64,000 bases of DNA from Octopus bimaculoides (GCF_001194135.2 NC_068987.1:51727336-51791335); one strand, 5' to 3'. Positions 36,364 to 50,499 are shown, counted from the first letter of the stretch. Notes: generated by a model not told the origin, from the sequence alone. Made by a program: numbers and translations.

Positions 36364-36586
36364 TACCCTCTGACTGGCTCGGACGCGACGGTGTTCCTTC
36401 GTCGGGAGGTAGACAAAGCTGCAGCCCCAGACGCAAGGGAGAACGCAGCAACTGCAAGATAAGGACGCGTGCTGAGCCAGCGACGACAGCTTCTGCACGC
36501 ATATTTCGACACGATACGTTACAGCCCGAAATCTCGTTCATTACGGAAACCAACAAGACAGGTTGCTATACCAACTAAGAACGGCC
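36364..36586 (-). pseudogene. 18S: Decayed 18S rRNA fragment spanning the conserved GGCCGTTCTTAGTTGG block and an expanded V7-like region
   Basis: 36571-36586 is an exact reverse complement of universal 18S GGCCGTTCTTAGTTGG; continues ..TGTCTTGTT..TTCCGTAATGAACGAGA (about 43/55 vs a recalled metazoan consensus), then about 160 nt GC-rich insert ending in AGAGGG as after V7. Confidence 0.65.
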
Positions 36587-38914
36587 TTGATAGAGCATTA
36601 CCTCTATCTCGATTCGGGTGGTAGTGGTTCACCTCTCTATCCTGTCTTCCTAAGTGTTAGCAATAGGCTAATAACAACTCTAAAAATGAATGAAGCGCTC
36701 ACTTCTTCCTATTAAGCCGGCGAACATTTGACAAAGAAATGAGTCTTATCTCTTCTTCGGATAATTAAATTTCATAATTCTTCAGAAAGGAGCCACAGCG
36801 TGATTACGAAATGTTTGACAAGATTTATCTCTTCCAATATGACTGAAATCAATGCAGCATGCAATATCTCAGTTGTTAGCAAAAACAGCTTATATAGCAA
36901 ATTTTAGACGTTTTAAAAAATTATATCCAAAAGATGAAACACAAATTAGTTTAAGATTTGAATTAATAAATATTTTCCTGCTATATAGAAATTTACCAAG
37001 ACATGATTTTTTAATTCCAAATTGAATTAGCGATCCATCTTAATTTTTTTTTTTTTCATATTACTTGAAATGCATTACATATATATGAATCATGTTTACA
37101 CAGGTGATCAGAAACATGTCATATTTTTAATTAGATATTTGCTTACGCTTAAAAATATGGTTTAATTTTCTTTTAGTTTTTTTCCATATTGAAATACTAT
37201 GAAAGCCAATGATATACGTGGATGATTGCGGAATATATTTGCATTTGTCTGAAATTATTATTTTTATCATCTTACAAAATTGCAATATAATAATGTGATT
37301 TTGGTCTTTTTCAATTCATCGCCTCGTTTAATAGTTAATGAAATACTAAAATTAGATTATTCATTTTACAGAAACTAATTATGTTATAATTACCTAATAA
37401 ATAAATAAAAATAGGAAAGCATGATTGAAATGTTCGAAGACATAGTAAATAAGAAAAGAATTGTATTTGATATTCTATTAGATTCATTAATAGACAACAT
37501 AAATTAAAAATTAGTTGAATTCTCAAAGAATTAGGCGTTTTCATTTTCCGCAAAGCATAAAGAGACGCTAAATAATTAAATTATGTTTCGAAAGAACGCA
37601 CTTAAATGCTTATACACACACATACACACACAGACACACACACATACACACACACATACACATGCACACACACATACATACATATATTTATGCGTGTATG
37701 TCTATAAGTGTGTGTGTATGTGTGTAAGTGTGCGTGCGTCTGCGCATGTGTACTGGTGTGTATGTGAGGATATACATATATAACGATATATATGTATTTA
37801 TATATGAATATATATTCATACATATACGTATATAAATAGATAAATATATATATGTGTGTGTGTATTTAATTTACACGGAAAGATCCAGAGAACGAGTTAC
37901 CGGGGTAGCCAAATATCAGATAAGCGCCTAAGAAATCGGTTACCACACTTGCATACTTCCATGGGTGATATTATAGTTTCTTACATATATGTAAAATGGC
38001 TTATTAATGAACATTGCTATTTATAATCTCCCTGATAAGATTGATACATTAATCCACATTATTCTTACTCTAGGATTAATTTTGATGTAACAATCGAAAT
38101 TATGTCGGTGATATTTTGATGATTTAAATAATATTTTGCGATTAATATTTTAAAAGATATGAAAACGCTACATAGATATGTATCCAAAATCTGACTTCTT
38201 TCTTTTTCTTCGTGTATAAAATCTTTACATCTCCTGAATCAATTTCCACATACATACATACATGTTTGTATATATGTGCATTTGTTTGATAGCATGTGTG
38301 TGCGTCTGCCTTATGTGAGTATTATATGTGCAAAGAGGTGGTTTCACATATAACAGTAGCCGAAGTTCAACTTTTTGGTGAGGTGAAGTGAAGAGTGTGT
38401 GAGTGCGTTGGTGTTACTGTGTGTATATTTATATGTTTGTGAGCATACTTATGAAAATGTGAGCGTGCATGTTTACGTGTGTATGTAAATGCGTGTGTGG
38501 GAGGGCATGTGTATAGAGATTTGTGTATATTTGTGTATGGATATGCGTGTGTGTGTATGTATGTCTGCGAGGGAATGTGATATATATCTATATATCTTTA
38601 TCTATGTACCTTTATCTATATATATGTATATATATCTATAGACAAAGGTAACCTTTCAATTAATATCATTAACCCCGTAAATCCCATACACCATTCACAT
38701 TACAGATCTAGATCTACCCTAATTGCACCAAATCCAGAAATTCTTACCTCCCTTACACATAATCTTTTTTGGTGAAAAATTGCAAACGCTGTTTATATTA
38801 ATTTTACATGTACACATTAGCAAATCACTATATCATCCAATTATTTGGATGAAAAAAACATAAATACTAATGACGAAGCGAGTCCAGAAAGAACCGAAGC
38901 CGAGCCGAGCTGTC

Positions 38915-38959
38915 TTAACTGATGAGGGGAGGGAAATTGTCGAAACTTACGCGTCATTA
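38915..38959 (+). ncRNA. Degenerate hammerhead-like motif
   Basis: CTGATGA-G..C-GAAAC-TTACGC-GTC at 38919-38955 has all core nucleotides in order, but stems I and II pair poorly. Confidence 0.4.
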
Positions 38960-39045
38960 TAAAGAATTCTCGATCGTAAGTTTTCGGACGATTATGGTCC
39001 ATATCAGTGTATACGTTTCGATTCATGTGCGGGTATGCATGTGCA

Positions 39046-39047
<2 letters not shown>

Positions 39048-39125
<78 letters not shown>
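39048..39125. repeat. Compound (TATC)n(TACA)n microsatellite
   Basis: Direct reading. Confidence 0.95.
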
Positions 39126-39130
<5 letters not shown>

Positions 39131-39157
39131 CTCTATATATACATGTATGTACACACA

Positions 39158-39202
<45 letters not shown>

Positions 39203-39335
39203 TAATAATTAAGTGTACTATAGAGAGTACCAGCATGCCAAAATAGCACTCAAAATAATTCAAACCACAAGCACAAGTTTTCACTTACACACAAATTATG
39301 GACAAGAGTATCCTTGCATATATTTATATATAGGC

Positions 39336-39458
<123 letters not shown>

Positions 39459-40094
39459 CGTGCGTGAGTGGTGAAATCGAATAAAGGAACATCAAAAGCA
39501 ACAATAACAATTATCACAGGACGCGCAGATGGGATGTTTTAGTCTGACATTCGGTAGGGAGAGAGAGCGTTTGATGTCTCAAGCAAATCTCTTCGTCAGA
39601 AAGGAAAAGGGAAAAGACCAAACAAGGAAAAAGATCGCCAATTTGTTGTTTCATGTTTCAGTTTGTATTGTGTAGAAACTCTAACATGTGTATATCCGTT
39701 AGGCTTGTATATAACCATGTTTACTTTTTGACATGTTTGCCGTTTAAAATTTCCCTCTAAAACTGTGTCTTGATATGTATATTGCTTTTATGATACATTT
39801 TTCTATTTTTGTGTTGAAACTTATATAGTGCAGATATATTACAGTAGTATATGGCTGTCTGAGGAGATGAGTGCATTAGCAATTAGGGCGTTTGATTCTC
39901 CAGTGTGGGCAGATCTAAATGTCGCAGGACCCGAAAAACCGGCCTTACGTGCCTATGTCTCAGAAAGGGATTTCAATCCATTGCTACTGAATTTTTGATG
40001 TAATTTTCTTTTGTGATGTCGATTATAGTGTGCTGTCATTGTTATTTAAAGTAAATGCATAGTTAAATTATGAGAGAGTGTTCTGCAACTAGTA

Positions 40095-40165
40095 GTGAAG
40101 GTGCATGCCTCAGTGGCTAGAGCATCGGGCTCACAGTCACGAGGTGGTGTTTTCGATTCTCAAAT
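40095..40165 (+). mobile_element. SINE family 2 tRNA-like head
   Basis: TGCCTCAGTGGCTAGAGCATCGGGCTCAC..GTTTTCGATTCTC, homologous to 17471-17535. Confidence 0.55.
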
Positions 40166-42323
40166 TTTGTATATATATATATATNNNNNNNNNNNNNNNN
40201 NNNNNNNNNNNNNNNNNNNNNNNNNNNNNNNNNNNNNNNNNNNNNNNNNNNNNNNNNNNNNNNNNNNNNNNNNNNNNNNNNNNNNNNNNNNNNNNNNNNN
40301 NNNNNNNNNNNNNNNNNNNNNNNNNNNNNNNNNNNNNNNNNNNNNNNNNNNNNNNNNNNNNNNNNNNNNNNNNNNNNNNNNNNNNNNNNNNNNNNNNNNN
40401 NNNNNNNNNNNNNNNNNNNNNNNNNNNNNNNNNNNNNNNNNNNNNNNNNNNNNNNNNNNNNNNNNNNNNNNNNNNNNNNNNNNNNNNNNNNNNNNNNNNN
40501 NNNNNNNNNNNNNNNNNNNNNNNNNNNNNNNNNNNNNNNNNNNNNNNNNNNNNNNNNNNNNNNNNNNNNNNNNNNNNNNNNNNNNNNNNNNNNNNNNNNN
40601 NNNNNNNNNNNNNNNNNNNNNNNNNNNNNNNNNNNNNNNNNNNNNNNNNNNNNNNNNNNNNNNNNNNNNNNNNNNNNNNNNNNNNNNNNNNNNNNNNNNN
40701 NNNNNNNNNNNNNNNNNNNNNNNNNNNNNNNNNNNNNNNNNNNNNNNNNNNNNNNNNNNNNNNNNNNNNNNNNNNNNNNNNNNNNNNNNNNNNNNNNNNN
40801 NNNNNNNNNNNNNNNNNNNNNNNNNNNNNNNNNNNNNNNNNNNNNNNNNNNNNNNNNNNNNNNNNNNNNNNNNNNNNNNNNNNNNNNNNNNNNNNNNNNN
40901 NNNNNNNNNNNNNNNNNNNNNNNNNNNNNNNNNNNNNNNNNNNNNNNNNNNNNNNNNNNNNNNNNNNNNNNNNNNNNNNNNTATATATATCCAAAATTAG
41001 GAAATGAAGTTGATAAAATACAGTCTATATACGTTTTGATAGCTAGCAGTACCTCGGACGTAGTAATTACCCAAACTTGGAGTAATGCGCTTGCTACTTT
41101 TCGGCCCAAAAATGCCTTAGTCAAATGAAAGTTACATTGTCACCAATGGCTCCCATGTTGACTTGCAGGAGATTTGATCGAACATGCGTAATTACTGCTT
41201 CTGAGTTTCTGCCAGCTATGAAACATATGTAGCCTGGATTTTATCTACACCATTCCCTAAAATAACCTTTCTCAGCTTACCACACACCAGCTTTCAATCA
41301 TTCATGGACCCTTTCTATTATTTCAGAGTTAAATTTTACTTTACTCTGTGTTATTTTTCTTAGACTCCCTCAATTGCCGATAATACTTAGTTGAAGTTGT
41401 CATCGCTAAATTCAGGATAAAATATATTTTCTGTTTGTGTTTTAGCTACTGCCTCTGGCCCTGTGTTACATAAGTTTATGTTCCTACTTAGATATAAGTC
41501 ACAGCCTTTAGTTGTAGAAAACATGTGGGTTATTATATAGTATTTGGTATTGATGCATGAATTGCGTAATCTTCATTCTGGATTATCTAACATGACAATA
41601 GTCATATTTATATTAGGGTTTTTTACTTGAATTTTTATAACCCGAATTTCATATAAAAGTTCTCTACTGAATAGATTTTTCTGTATATAAGTGAGCAGTA
41701 TTTACATCTCTTTTATTATTTTCGGCTCTCTTAAGGTTAGCGTAGGCCACTTTTGTAAATATAAGTTCTCCATAACCTAACTACATAGTCTGTGCGATGT
41801 ATCTAGCAGAGTTTTCATTTGATAACAGTTTGGAGCACAAAATTTGGGTGTACCTGCATAGAAGAGATGGATGATTACCATCCTATTGCACTACTATCTG
41901 TATTATGTTTCTTTGGATATTCATGAATATTCGGAGGGTTAGAATGAAGAGTAACAAAGGAAGTGATTCTTCTCTGTTCTTCTACTGTTGTTTAAAAAAT
42001 TATTTGCCACTAATAGTGTAAATGACACGAATGTTACTTATTGCGTTCTTTTACTAAGGGGCAATGTGAGTAGAACCTGTGATTTGTAAAATATTGTCGA
42101 AAGGTTTATGGTCACCGTCATGGTGTCTGTTTCATTTACAACCACACCAATCATCCTAATATATTTTTGATTATAACATTAATTACTGCTTTATGATACA
42201 AAGTATTATTATCATATGTCATACAATAATAAAAGACGTAATTTCATATTCCTTTGTTAAAAGAGAATCTAGCGTATATCTTTTATGTGAATATTCAAGG
42301 CGTATGATGTGTATTGTATATTC

Positions 42324-42359
<36 letters not shown>

Positions 42360-45300
42360 CTTCTTTTCTTGAGGTTTGCATAAAAGACAATAGATCAATA
42401 AGTCCTAATAAAGAAACTTTTTTGTGGTTGCAGATAAAATAGACATCTAATATGGAAGAAAAATAAATCTAACTCTTTTATCGCAGTATAGGCAAATTGG
42501 ATATAGAAATTCTTGTGGTATGGAACCCAAAATATCTTCATGTTAAATATCGAAGATTAGGAAATAATAATTTTGTTTAATTTTGGATTATTTTCAAATA
42601 ACATAATAATTTATATGAAATATATTATCTGTGAAATGCGAAAGCATATTGTTTAATGATATGAGGCAAATCAATGAAAACATATTTCAGGTGAATTTTC
42701 TGTCTAGAAGAATAGATTTATTGAAATATAATTTAAAAACAAAATATTAATTGAAACATGTATGTTTAATGCAGACATATTTTCCAACCCAATAAGCAAA
42801 TGTGGAAATTCTTATTAAAATTGAGTGATTAAAACGCCTATAAAAATCTGTATAAATTAAAGAAATCAAGAACCATGAATGCATTTAGGCAGTAGTGTAT
42901 AAAATGGAAGAAATAAAATGAAAGTTTCCATTATATAAGATTGTTTGCCATATGAAGCTGGAGATAATTAATGTGCTTCGTGCAAAAATAAATCTGAAGC
43001 TATCAATATAACAGCTTTAAATCTAATAACATCATTTTTATGAATTTGAGATTATGTAAGAAAAATCTTCAAAAGAAAATCTGAGCCCTATGCAACACAA
43101 AGTAAAAAGGAGGATGTTAATGAATTGTATATAAAAAGTTTGAATCATAGAAATTTACATGAACGGGATTCACAGCACATTCTACTGAAACGTATTAAGA
43201 GACACAAAAAAAGGCAGCTACAGATTCGCATACACAAAAAAGAAACAAAAGAAAAAACAAACAAAAGAAAAAGTTACAACTCAAAAGAGGTTGGAATGCC
43301 ATGGAGAAAACTGTGTTTCTGAACCAAAGACAAATTAATAGTAGAAATATATACAACGCAGTAATTATAAAAATTAAAGAAAATGGAAGCGATATATCAA
43401 GAAGAAACTATATGAATGAAGGAGTGGATGAGAAAATAACCATCAGCAGGAAAATCACTTGTGAAAAGAAACAATTTAATAAGCGTGAAACAGGCCACAA
43501 ACGTCCGACAGAGTTACGAATATATAAAGTGAACTTATTAATAACTGAAAAAAGAGAGCCTCGTTTCGCTATTCAAATGCTTTATAAGGCGAAATAAAAA
43601 CGGGTGTGTTTGCGCTAACTGTGCTTTGTAGTGGCGCCTATGAGACGGGTGGTTGAGAAAGAAGTAAACTCATATATTGTTCACCGCCATAGAATATTAA
43701 GTATTAATCAGACAGAAGAATGTTGCCAACAGATTGAACATCGAAGATGGCGCCTATACACTTCTATCGCTGTAATCCGTTCAATATAATATCAGGTAAT
43801 ATTCAGAGGAAGGAATGTAAGGAAAAAATTAGACAATGATAATGGCAATAGACGGTGAAGTTAAACGGGTTGATAAATTAAATAAAATTTCCAGTAACAG
43901 GTGAAATGAAACGTATCTCAGAGGATTGCGTAAAGTTTGTATACATTAGATTTTATTAATAATGTTTCAAACGCGAAAATATTTGTATAGTAGACAGAAC
44001 GAATTGCATAACTACATGAGCTTTTCAATCTGAAATTAATTAGAAAGAAACATATTACGACAGTATACACAACAAGCAAATTATAGTTGGCAACGTATTG
44101 CACTTAATGTGCCTATGGACATGCATTATAAAACTGATTTTTTTTTTTTATGATACAGAAAATTTCGAGAATATCAAAAATATACATGCTCTTTGGTCCC
44201 TGACAATCTTTTTCGAAGGAATAAAAAATATATGTACGGAAGAACGGAAATAAAACCACATATCGAAATGAATATGTAAGCAACTCATACGTCAACGTCA
44301 CATACACACTTGCACGGGCACGCACGCACATACAGACACACACAGACGCACACACATACACAAAAGCACACGCGTGCATACACACATGCACACACACATA
44401 TTTATTTAGAATAGTGGCTTATTTTTTTACAAAGAAAAGTGTGTCAGCCACATTTATATTTTGATTTAGGCACCTTTGTCAGTATGTAAATTACCTTTGG
44501 TTTATCTTGTTGCATGACGTTTGTGACTGCAAAGAAACTGTGCTGTAATAGAGTATGTACGTGACGTTTAACAACACATTTGAAAATAGTTTGGTTGGTT
44601 AATCAGAAATATAAAGTTTTTAGGGTGAATGGTGTTGAATAAAGAGGAGAAGAAAAGAGATAGCAGGCAAAGATATATAGGGTGGAACGTAGGAGGAGGC
44701 TCCTACATTCTTTAAATGTACTGTAATTAGTTGATGGATGTATGCCATTGTTTTGGATCATCAACAAAATGTAGATAGATGTTTTAGAGTTAAGATTTGT
44801 ATAGTCGCTCAAATCAATGACAGGCTAAATTATTTGATGTATGTTGAATATAATAAACTGAGTAAACGTTATATTTTTTAATAGATTTGTTAGTAGTGAT
44901 GGTTAACATCTTTCGAGATGTCATCAGTAATGGATGAATCCATGAGAACCCAATTGTTACATCAACTGCACGAATTAGTTCTTGCGAGAGTATTCTAACA
45001 AGAATATGTATCATTCATACAAGTCTCAATTCTACCCAGTGAGGCAAAAGTGGAGCAGTGTCTCACCGGGTCCGTCTCAGCTTCTACAAAATGTTCATGT
45101 GCACATTATTCCCTCATAGGGCAGATGGTGACCCGAAGCTATTGTGATATGCAGAGGGTTCGAACGCAAGATCTTAGCGTTGTGAAACAAAGATCTCATC
45201 ACCTCCACTCATACTTATATTCTAGCATTATTCTTGAAAGTATATATTTCGTGGGTGTACGCACGTTGAGTTGGACTGTGACATTATATAGATTAACCAG

Positions 45301-45381
45301 CAATTGAAGTTATCCAGAGCGATTATTATAACGATTTTCAGCCAATGTATTAACAATTTCTATGTTTATGATGGGCAAGTA

Positions 45382-46724
45382 CAGGGTGACACAGAGAGGA
45401 CAGTCGTTTTTGAAATGGCTATTACTAAGTCCCAGGGAGAGAGGGACATATGTCTGATAGGTACCATTCGGTCCGTGGTGTCTTAGCATTTTCTTTTTCT
45501 TTCAGGTGAAGCCTTAACGCCGCGGATAGTAGTGCATCACGCGTTTGAGGCTGCGGATAGTAGTGAATCACGTGAAGAAGAACAAGTCTCTTACAACAGT
45601 TCAGCGTGAGTTTCGGCGCCACTTCAACATTCACTCAAATCAGGTTGTTTCCACCTGTAACACAATCTTATTTTGAGTGAATGCAATTCCTACACGAAGT
45701 ACACTAATGAATAGAAGACCGGTGGGGGCGCCACGAGTAGTATGGACACCTGAAAATGTGGAACACATCACACAAGCTTTGATAGAAACTCAGAATCACT
45801 CTGATCGGAGGCATTCCACTGATCTTGGCATCAGTAATCGATCGCTAAGGCTTACTTTACATGCAGACCTGCATTTCCACCCAAACATTGTTAATTGGGC
45901 AACAGTTGAAACCATGGGACAATGCACAGCGGCTTAACTTCGAACGTCAGATGGAAGCAATTTTTGAGGCAGATGACAACCTCAATTTGTTAATGAGTGA
46001 TGATGAACCTAATTTTCATCTCACTGACATGGTGAGTCAATAGAAATGTAGTTATTGGGCTCTTAAAAATTTGAAAGAACTGCATGAAAAACCATTTCAC
46101 AGCCCCAAAGGGATGATCTGCTGTACTGTTGGAAAAGCTGTAGTCATAGCTCCTTACTTTTTTGAAGACAATAATGGAAACGCTGTTACTCTGAACGACA
46201 AGCGTTACAGCGAAACGATAAACAAATTCTGTGTGCCTGAATTACGACGAATACGTATACCTATTTGACCTGTGTGTTTTCAGCAGGATGGGGCGATAGC
46301 CAGAGCATCAATGGACGTTCTTTGCTCTCTTTTCAGCGACCGCCTCATTTCCAGATTTCCTGACCTTCCTTGGCCACAGGGGCCCCTGATTTGTCCATGC
46401 ATGATTATTTGTTTGTGTGGAAATCACAAGGCACGTATGTATGTACATAATCCCCGTACATAGGACGATTTGAAGGACGCTATTCGCATGGAAGTCGTTC
46501 AAATCAACAGAGCAATCCTCGGGAGAGTGGAGGCCAACTTCCAAGAACGCCTTCAGAGATGCATCAATGGAAACGGACAACATATGATGGATGTTTTTTC
46601 CACTCTTGATTTTGATAAATGCTAATTCAATACAAAAGCATTGTTATTAATAAAATTTATTTGCAGCAAAAATTAATGAATTTATGAAATTTTCAAAAAC
46701 GTCCGTCCTCTCTGCTATACCCTG
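45382..46724 (+). mobile_element. Full-length (1343 bp) inactive Tc1/mariner, rosa (DD41D) type inferred
   Basis: TA TSD 45380-81 / 46725-26; TIRs CAGGGT..CAGAGAGGAC.G.CGTTTTTGAAA; VQREFRRHF HTH, LMSDDEPNFHL (D1), FQQDGA (D2), WP...PDLSMHD (D3); 41-residue spacing requires restoring an apparent 3-codon deletion after QDGA. Confidence 0.92.
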
Positions 46725-47185
46725 TACATTAAATATCTTACTGTAAAAATAACTATATTTTATCATTTCTAACTAGTCATCAGCTTTAATATAGTTAAAG
46801 TTACTTCAGGTTCAGTCTTTGGCTATTCAATGTCTAAAGCAACGTATTGTTAACAACAATATTGATACACGGTTTATATCAAGTGAGACAAATTCATATA
46901 AATATTCATATGATAAAACCATTCCAGTTGGACGGATAGATCTGGTAAATTTCGAATATTTTTATATATATGAATGCAAATCGTCGTACAGAGTTAGGCT
47001 TTATAACATAATGAGTAAGCAACAAATTCCCTGAGGTTGTACCATGTTTTTTAATCATTGCTTGTAATTGAAATGTTACCAGTTGAACAGATTCTGTAGT
47101 AATAACTTCGCTATATTGCAGGCCACGACATCATAATTGTATTTTAATAGCAAAAGTTAGTTTGTTGCTCAAGAATTTTCATATT

Positions 47186-47189
47186 CTCT

Positions 47190-47248
<59 letters not shown>

Positions 47249-47283
47249 AAACAACAACAACAACAATAGTAATAATAATAATA
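47186..47283. repeat. Compound (CTA)n(CAA)n(TAA)n microsatellite at 5' junction of Dong copy
   Basis: Direct reading. Confidence 0.95.
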
Positions 47284-48953
47284 CAGCAAACCCACAAAGT
47301 TACAGACCGATACTTGTCTCTCAACAGTTTACAAAGCTTTTATTGCAATAATATCGAAGATAATGAGCAAACATCTGAAAGAATACAATCTGTTTCTAGA
47401 AGAGCAGAAGGGATGTGACAAGGGATCATACGGCTGTAAAGATCAGCTAGTGATCAATAAAGCCATAACGGAAGACTGTCGGAGAAAGAAGAAGGGTCTA
47501 AGTATTGCCCGGATCAATTACCGAAAGGCTTTTGATAGTATTCCCCACACATGGATCATAGAAACACTAACCATGAACAAGGTAGCACTAATAATCATAA
47601 AATATACAAAATATGTCATGAATAAATGGCAGACAATGCTATCGCTGCAGTCAAAAGAGGGAATCATAAAAGCCAAATCCATCCCTATTAGAAGAGGAAT
47701 ATTCCAGGGAGAATATTCTGCTCGGCACTGACACTTTTATCTGACATGCTAAACAGAACATGATGTGGATACTACTGTTACGGCAAAACAATCAGCCACT
47801 TCTTATAAATGGATGATCTAATACTGTAGGCTACACATTATAAACAAAAGGAAATATTACTACAGAGAGCACTTAGATTTACCAAAGAAATAAACATGAA
47901 ATCTGGCTTAGAAAAATGTGCAAAAAGCAACATTGAAAAGGGGAAAACTAGTTAAGAGATGTAACATTACAGTCGATAAAGCAAATGAAATATGAGAATT
48001 AGACCAAATCCAGACATGCAAATACTTCAGAATCAATGAACGAGATACGATGCAACACACACAAATGAAAGAGAAAATTAGAAAAGAATTCTGTAGACGA
48101 GTTAGATTAATTCTGAAATAAGAGCTCAATGCGCAAAACAAGATAATAGGTATCAATACTCTAGCCGTTGCAGTTATAAGTCACAGCTACAATATCCTTA
48201 AGTGGACTCTAAATGAACCAATCAAAATAGACATGAAAGAAAGAAAAATAATGACAGGATTTAGGATGTACCAGCCAAAATCTAACATAGAAAGGCTATA
48301 TATAAAACGTATGGAAGGTGGTAAAGATCTTATGCAGCTAGAAAACTAATAATACAAATAGCTACAAAACAGAAAAAGTTGTTTCAGTCTTTAAGGAAGC
48401 AAACAAATACAAAAAAAGCCATAGTACCTAACAAATATGAAGAAAAAGAAGAAACAATGAAAGCTGTAAAAACAACTAAAATCCTAATTAAAACTGGAAC
48501 AACAACGGATGATGAGAAGACAATGGCATAAAAAAGCATCTTCCTTGGAAATACTTTGTTAAACTAAAAGAAGCAGACAAAGCAAAATCCCAACAATGGC
48601 TGAGAAGGTCAGGACTCAAAGCAGAGACTGAAAGATTTTTATTTAAGCACAAGACGGAAGCCTTCCCACCAAAAATTATCAAAAGCATATAATGAAAGGA
48701 AATGCAATAGTAAATAGTATTTTCTCTGGCTGCTCAATCTTCGCTATGAAGGAATATATTCACAGACACGACAGAGTTGGCGTCCTATATACACTGGAAT
48801 CTATGCCAACACTATGGAATAACAACAAAAAATGATGGTGTAGGCACACGCCAGGCAAAGTCACAGCAAATGAGAAAGCAACCATACTATGGGATAGAAT
48901 AATTAATGCCAAAAGTCGGATATAGTTACTTTCTAATCGATGTATCCATGCCA
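47284..48953 (+). mobile_element. Dong/R4-clade LINE (family A-related, older copy): RT to start of RLE, 3'-truncated
   Basis: NPQSYRPI, EQKGC..GCKDQLVINKAI..RKAFDSIPHTWI, IRRGIFQG, ISHFL*MDDL (47791, YMDD), GLKAETE, HDRVG..IHWNLC, ILWD, FLIDVSMP; multiple deletions. Confidence 0.92.
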
Positions 48954-49027
48954 TCAAAGTGACACTGGGGTAAAATATACGAAGCCATTATATGCATCAT
49001 GACTACCCGTCTGATAATGGTACACCT

Positions 49028-50395
49028 ATTATTATTATTATTATTGTTGTTCAGTAGTTTTATTTTTATAACGTGCTTTCACTTCACTACCGAGAGCAGT
49101 TCTGTGCCTTGGGTACATGCTGTGGTTTGCTGTGATGCTCTTATGGTTACTGTATTGAAAGTGTTTTGCGTAGGATGTGTGCAGTGCCCAGTTGTGCAAT
49201 TTTCTGTATGTTATATATATTTGTAAGTCCTAGTGCTTTTGTTATGTATTTGTCTGAATATTTTTTTTTATTATACCTAAGGCACCTACTATGATAGGAA
49301 TTGTTTCTGTTTTTAGATTCCACATTCGAGTTANNNNNNNNNNNNNNNNNNNNNNNNNNNNNNNNNNNNNNNNNNNNNNNNNNNNNNNNNNNNNNNNNNN
49401 NNNNNNNNNNNNNNNNNNNNNNNNNNNNNNNNNNNNNNNNNNNNNNNNNNNNNNNNNNNNNNNNNNNNNNNNNNNNNNNNNNNNNNNNNNNNNNNNNNNN
49501 NNNNNNNNNNNNNNNNNNNNNNNNNNNNNNNNNNNNNNNNNNNNNNNNNNNNNNNNNNNNNNNNNNNNNNNNNNNNNNNNNNNNNNNNNNNNNNNNNNNN
49601 NNNNNNNNNNNNNNNNNNNNNNNNNNNNNNNNNNNNNNNNNNNNNNNNNNNNNNNNNNNNNNNNACTTGTGCAGTAATTAAAAATCCTTCAGTCTCTGCT
49701 TTGAGTCCTGAGCTTCTCAAACATTGCTGGGATTTTTCTCTGTCTATTTCTTTTGCATTTAGTTTAGCCCAGTATTAACCATGTAGGGGCTTTTCTTGCC
49801 ATCGTTTTATCATAATCCGTTGCTGTTCTAGTTTTAGTTTGGATTTCATCTGTTTTATAGCTCTTCTTCTTCTTCTTCTTCTTCTTCTTCTTCTTCTTCT
49901 TCTTCTTCTTCTTCTTCTTCTTCTTCTTCTTCTTCTTCTTCTTCTTCTTNNNNNNNNNNNNNNNNNNNNNNNNNNNNNNNNNNNNNNNNNNNNNNNNNNN
50001 NNNNNNNNNNNNNNNNNNNNNCTTCTTCTTCTTCTTCTTCTTCTTCTTCTTCTTCGTATTTGTTAAGTGGTATGATATCTTTTCTGTATTTGTCAGCTTC
50101 CTTAAATACTGAAAACAGTTTTTTGTTTTGCTCGTGTTTTTTGGCTATTTGTATTAGTTTTCCTTGCTTCTGGAGTAGGTATTTTTGCAGTCCCATGGTG
50201 GTTATTTTATAATAGTTTTCCAACTGTATAAGACCCCTGGCACCTTCTGTGCGTTGTATATATAGCCTTTCTATGTCATATTTTGGGTGGTGCATCCTAT
50301 ATCCTGTCATTATTTTTCTTGTTTTCTTGTCTATTTTAGATAGTTCGTTTAGTATCAAGTTAAGGATATTTTTACCTTCACTGCGTTACAAAGAA
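49028..50395 (-). mobile_element. Dong LINE (family A), 5'-truncated, with internal (GAA)n expansion
   Basis: LSKIDKKTRKIMTGYRMHHPK.DIERLY..EGARGL, NKY(E)n, SSGLKAETEGFLITAQ; 3' UTR at 49040-49170 ending in (AAT)n; (TTC)n 49862-50056. Confidence 0.92.
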
Positions 50396-50397
50396 GT

Positions 50398-50422
50398 AAT
50401 AATAATAATAATAATAATAATA

Positions 50423-50488
<66 letters not shown>

Positions 50489-50495
50489 GCAGCAA
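50398..50495. repeat. (AAT)n then (AGC)(AAC)n between the inverted Dong copies
   Basis: Direct reading. Confidence 0.95.
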
Positions 50496-50499
50496 CAAC

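Noticed and set aside
41870-41925. DDYHPIALLSVL resembling RT domain 1
   Set aside because: A single short motif with no supporting neighbours; insufficient for a feature.
43125-43790. A-rich ORFs (43125-43597) and YY1-like motifs (CCGCCAT near 43684, AAGATGGCG near 43743) as a gene or promoter
   Set aside because: No recognisable domain, no CpG-rich context and no associated exon; short motifs are expected by chance.
44895-44935. Minus-strand CTGATGA-CATCTC-GAAA
   Set aside because: No stem II and no compatible cleavage triplet or stem I.
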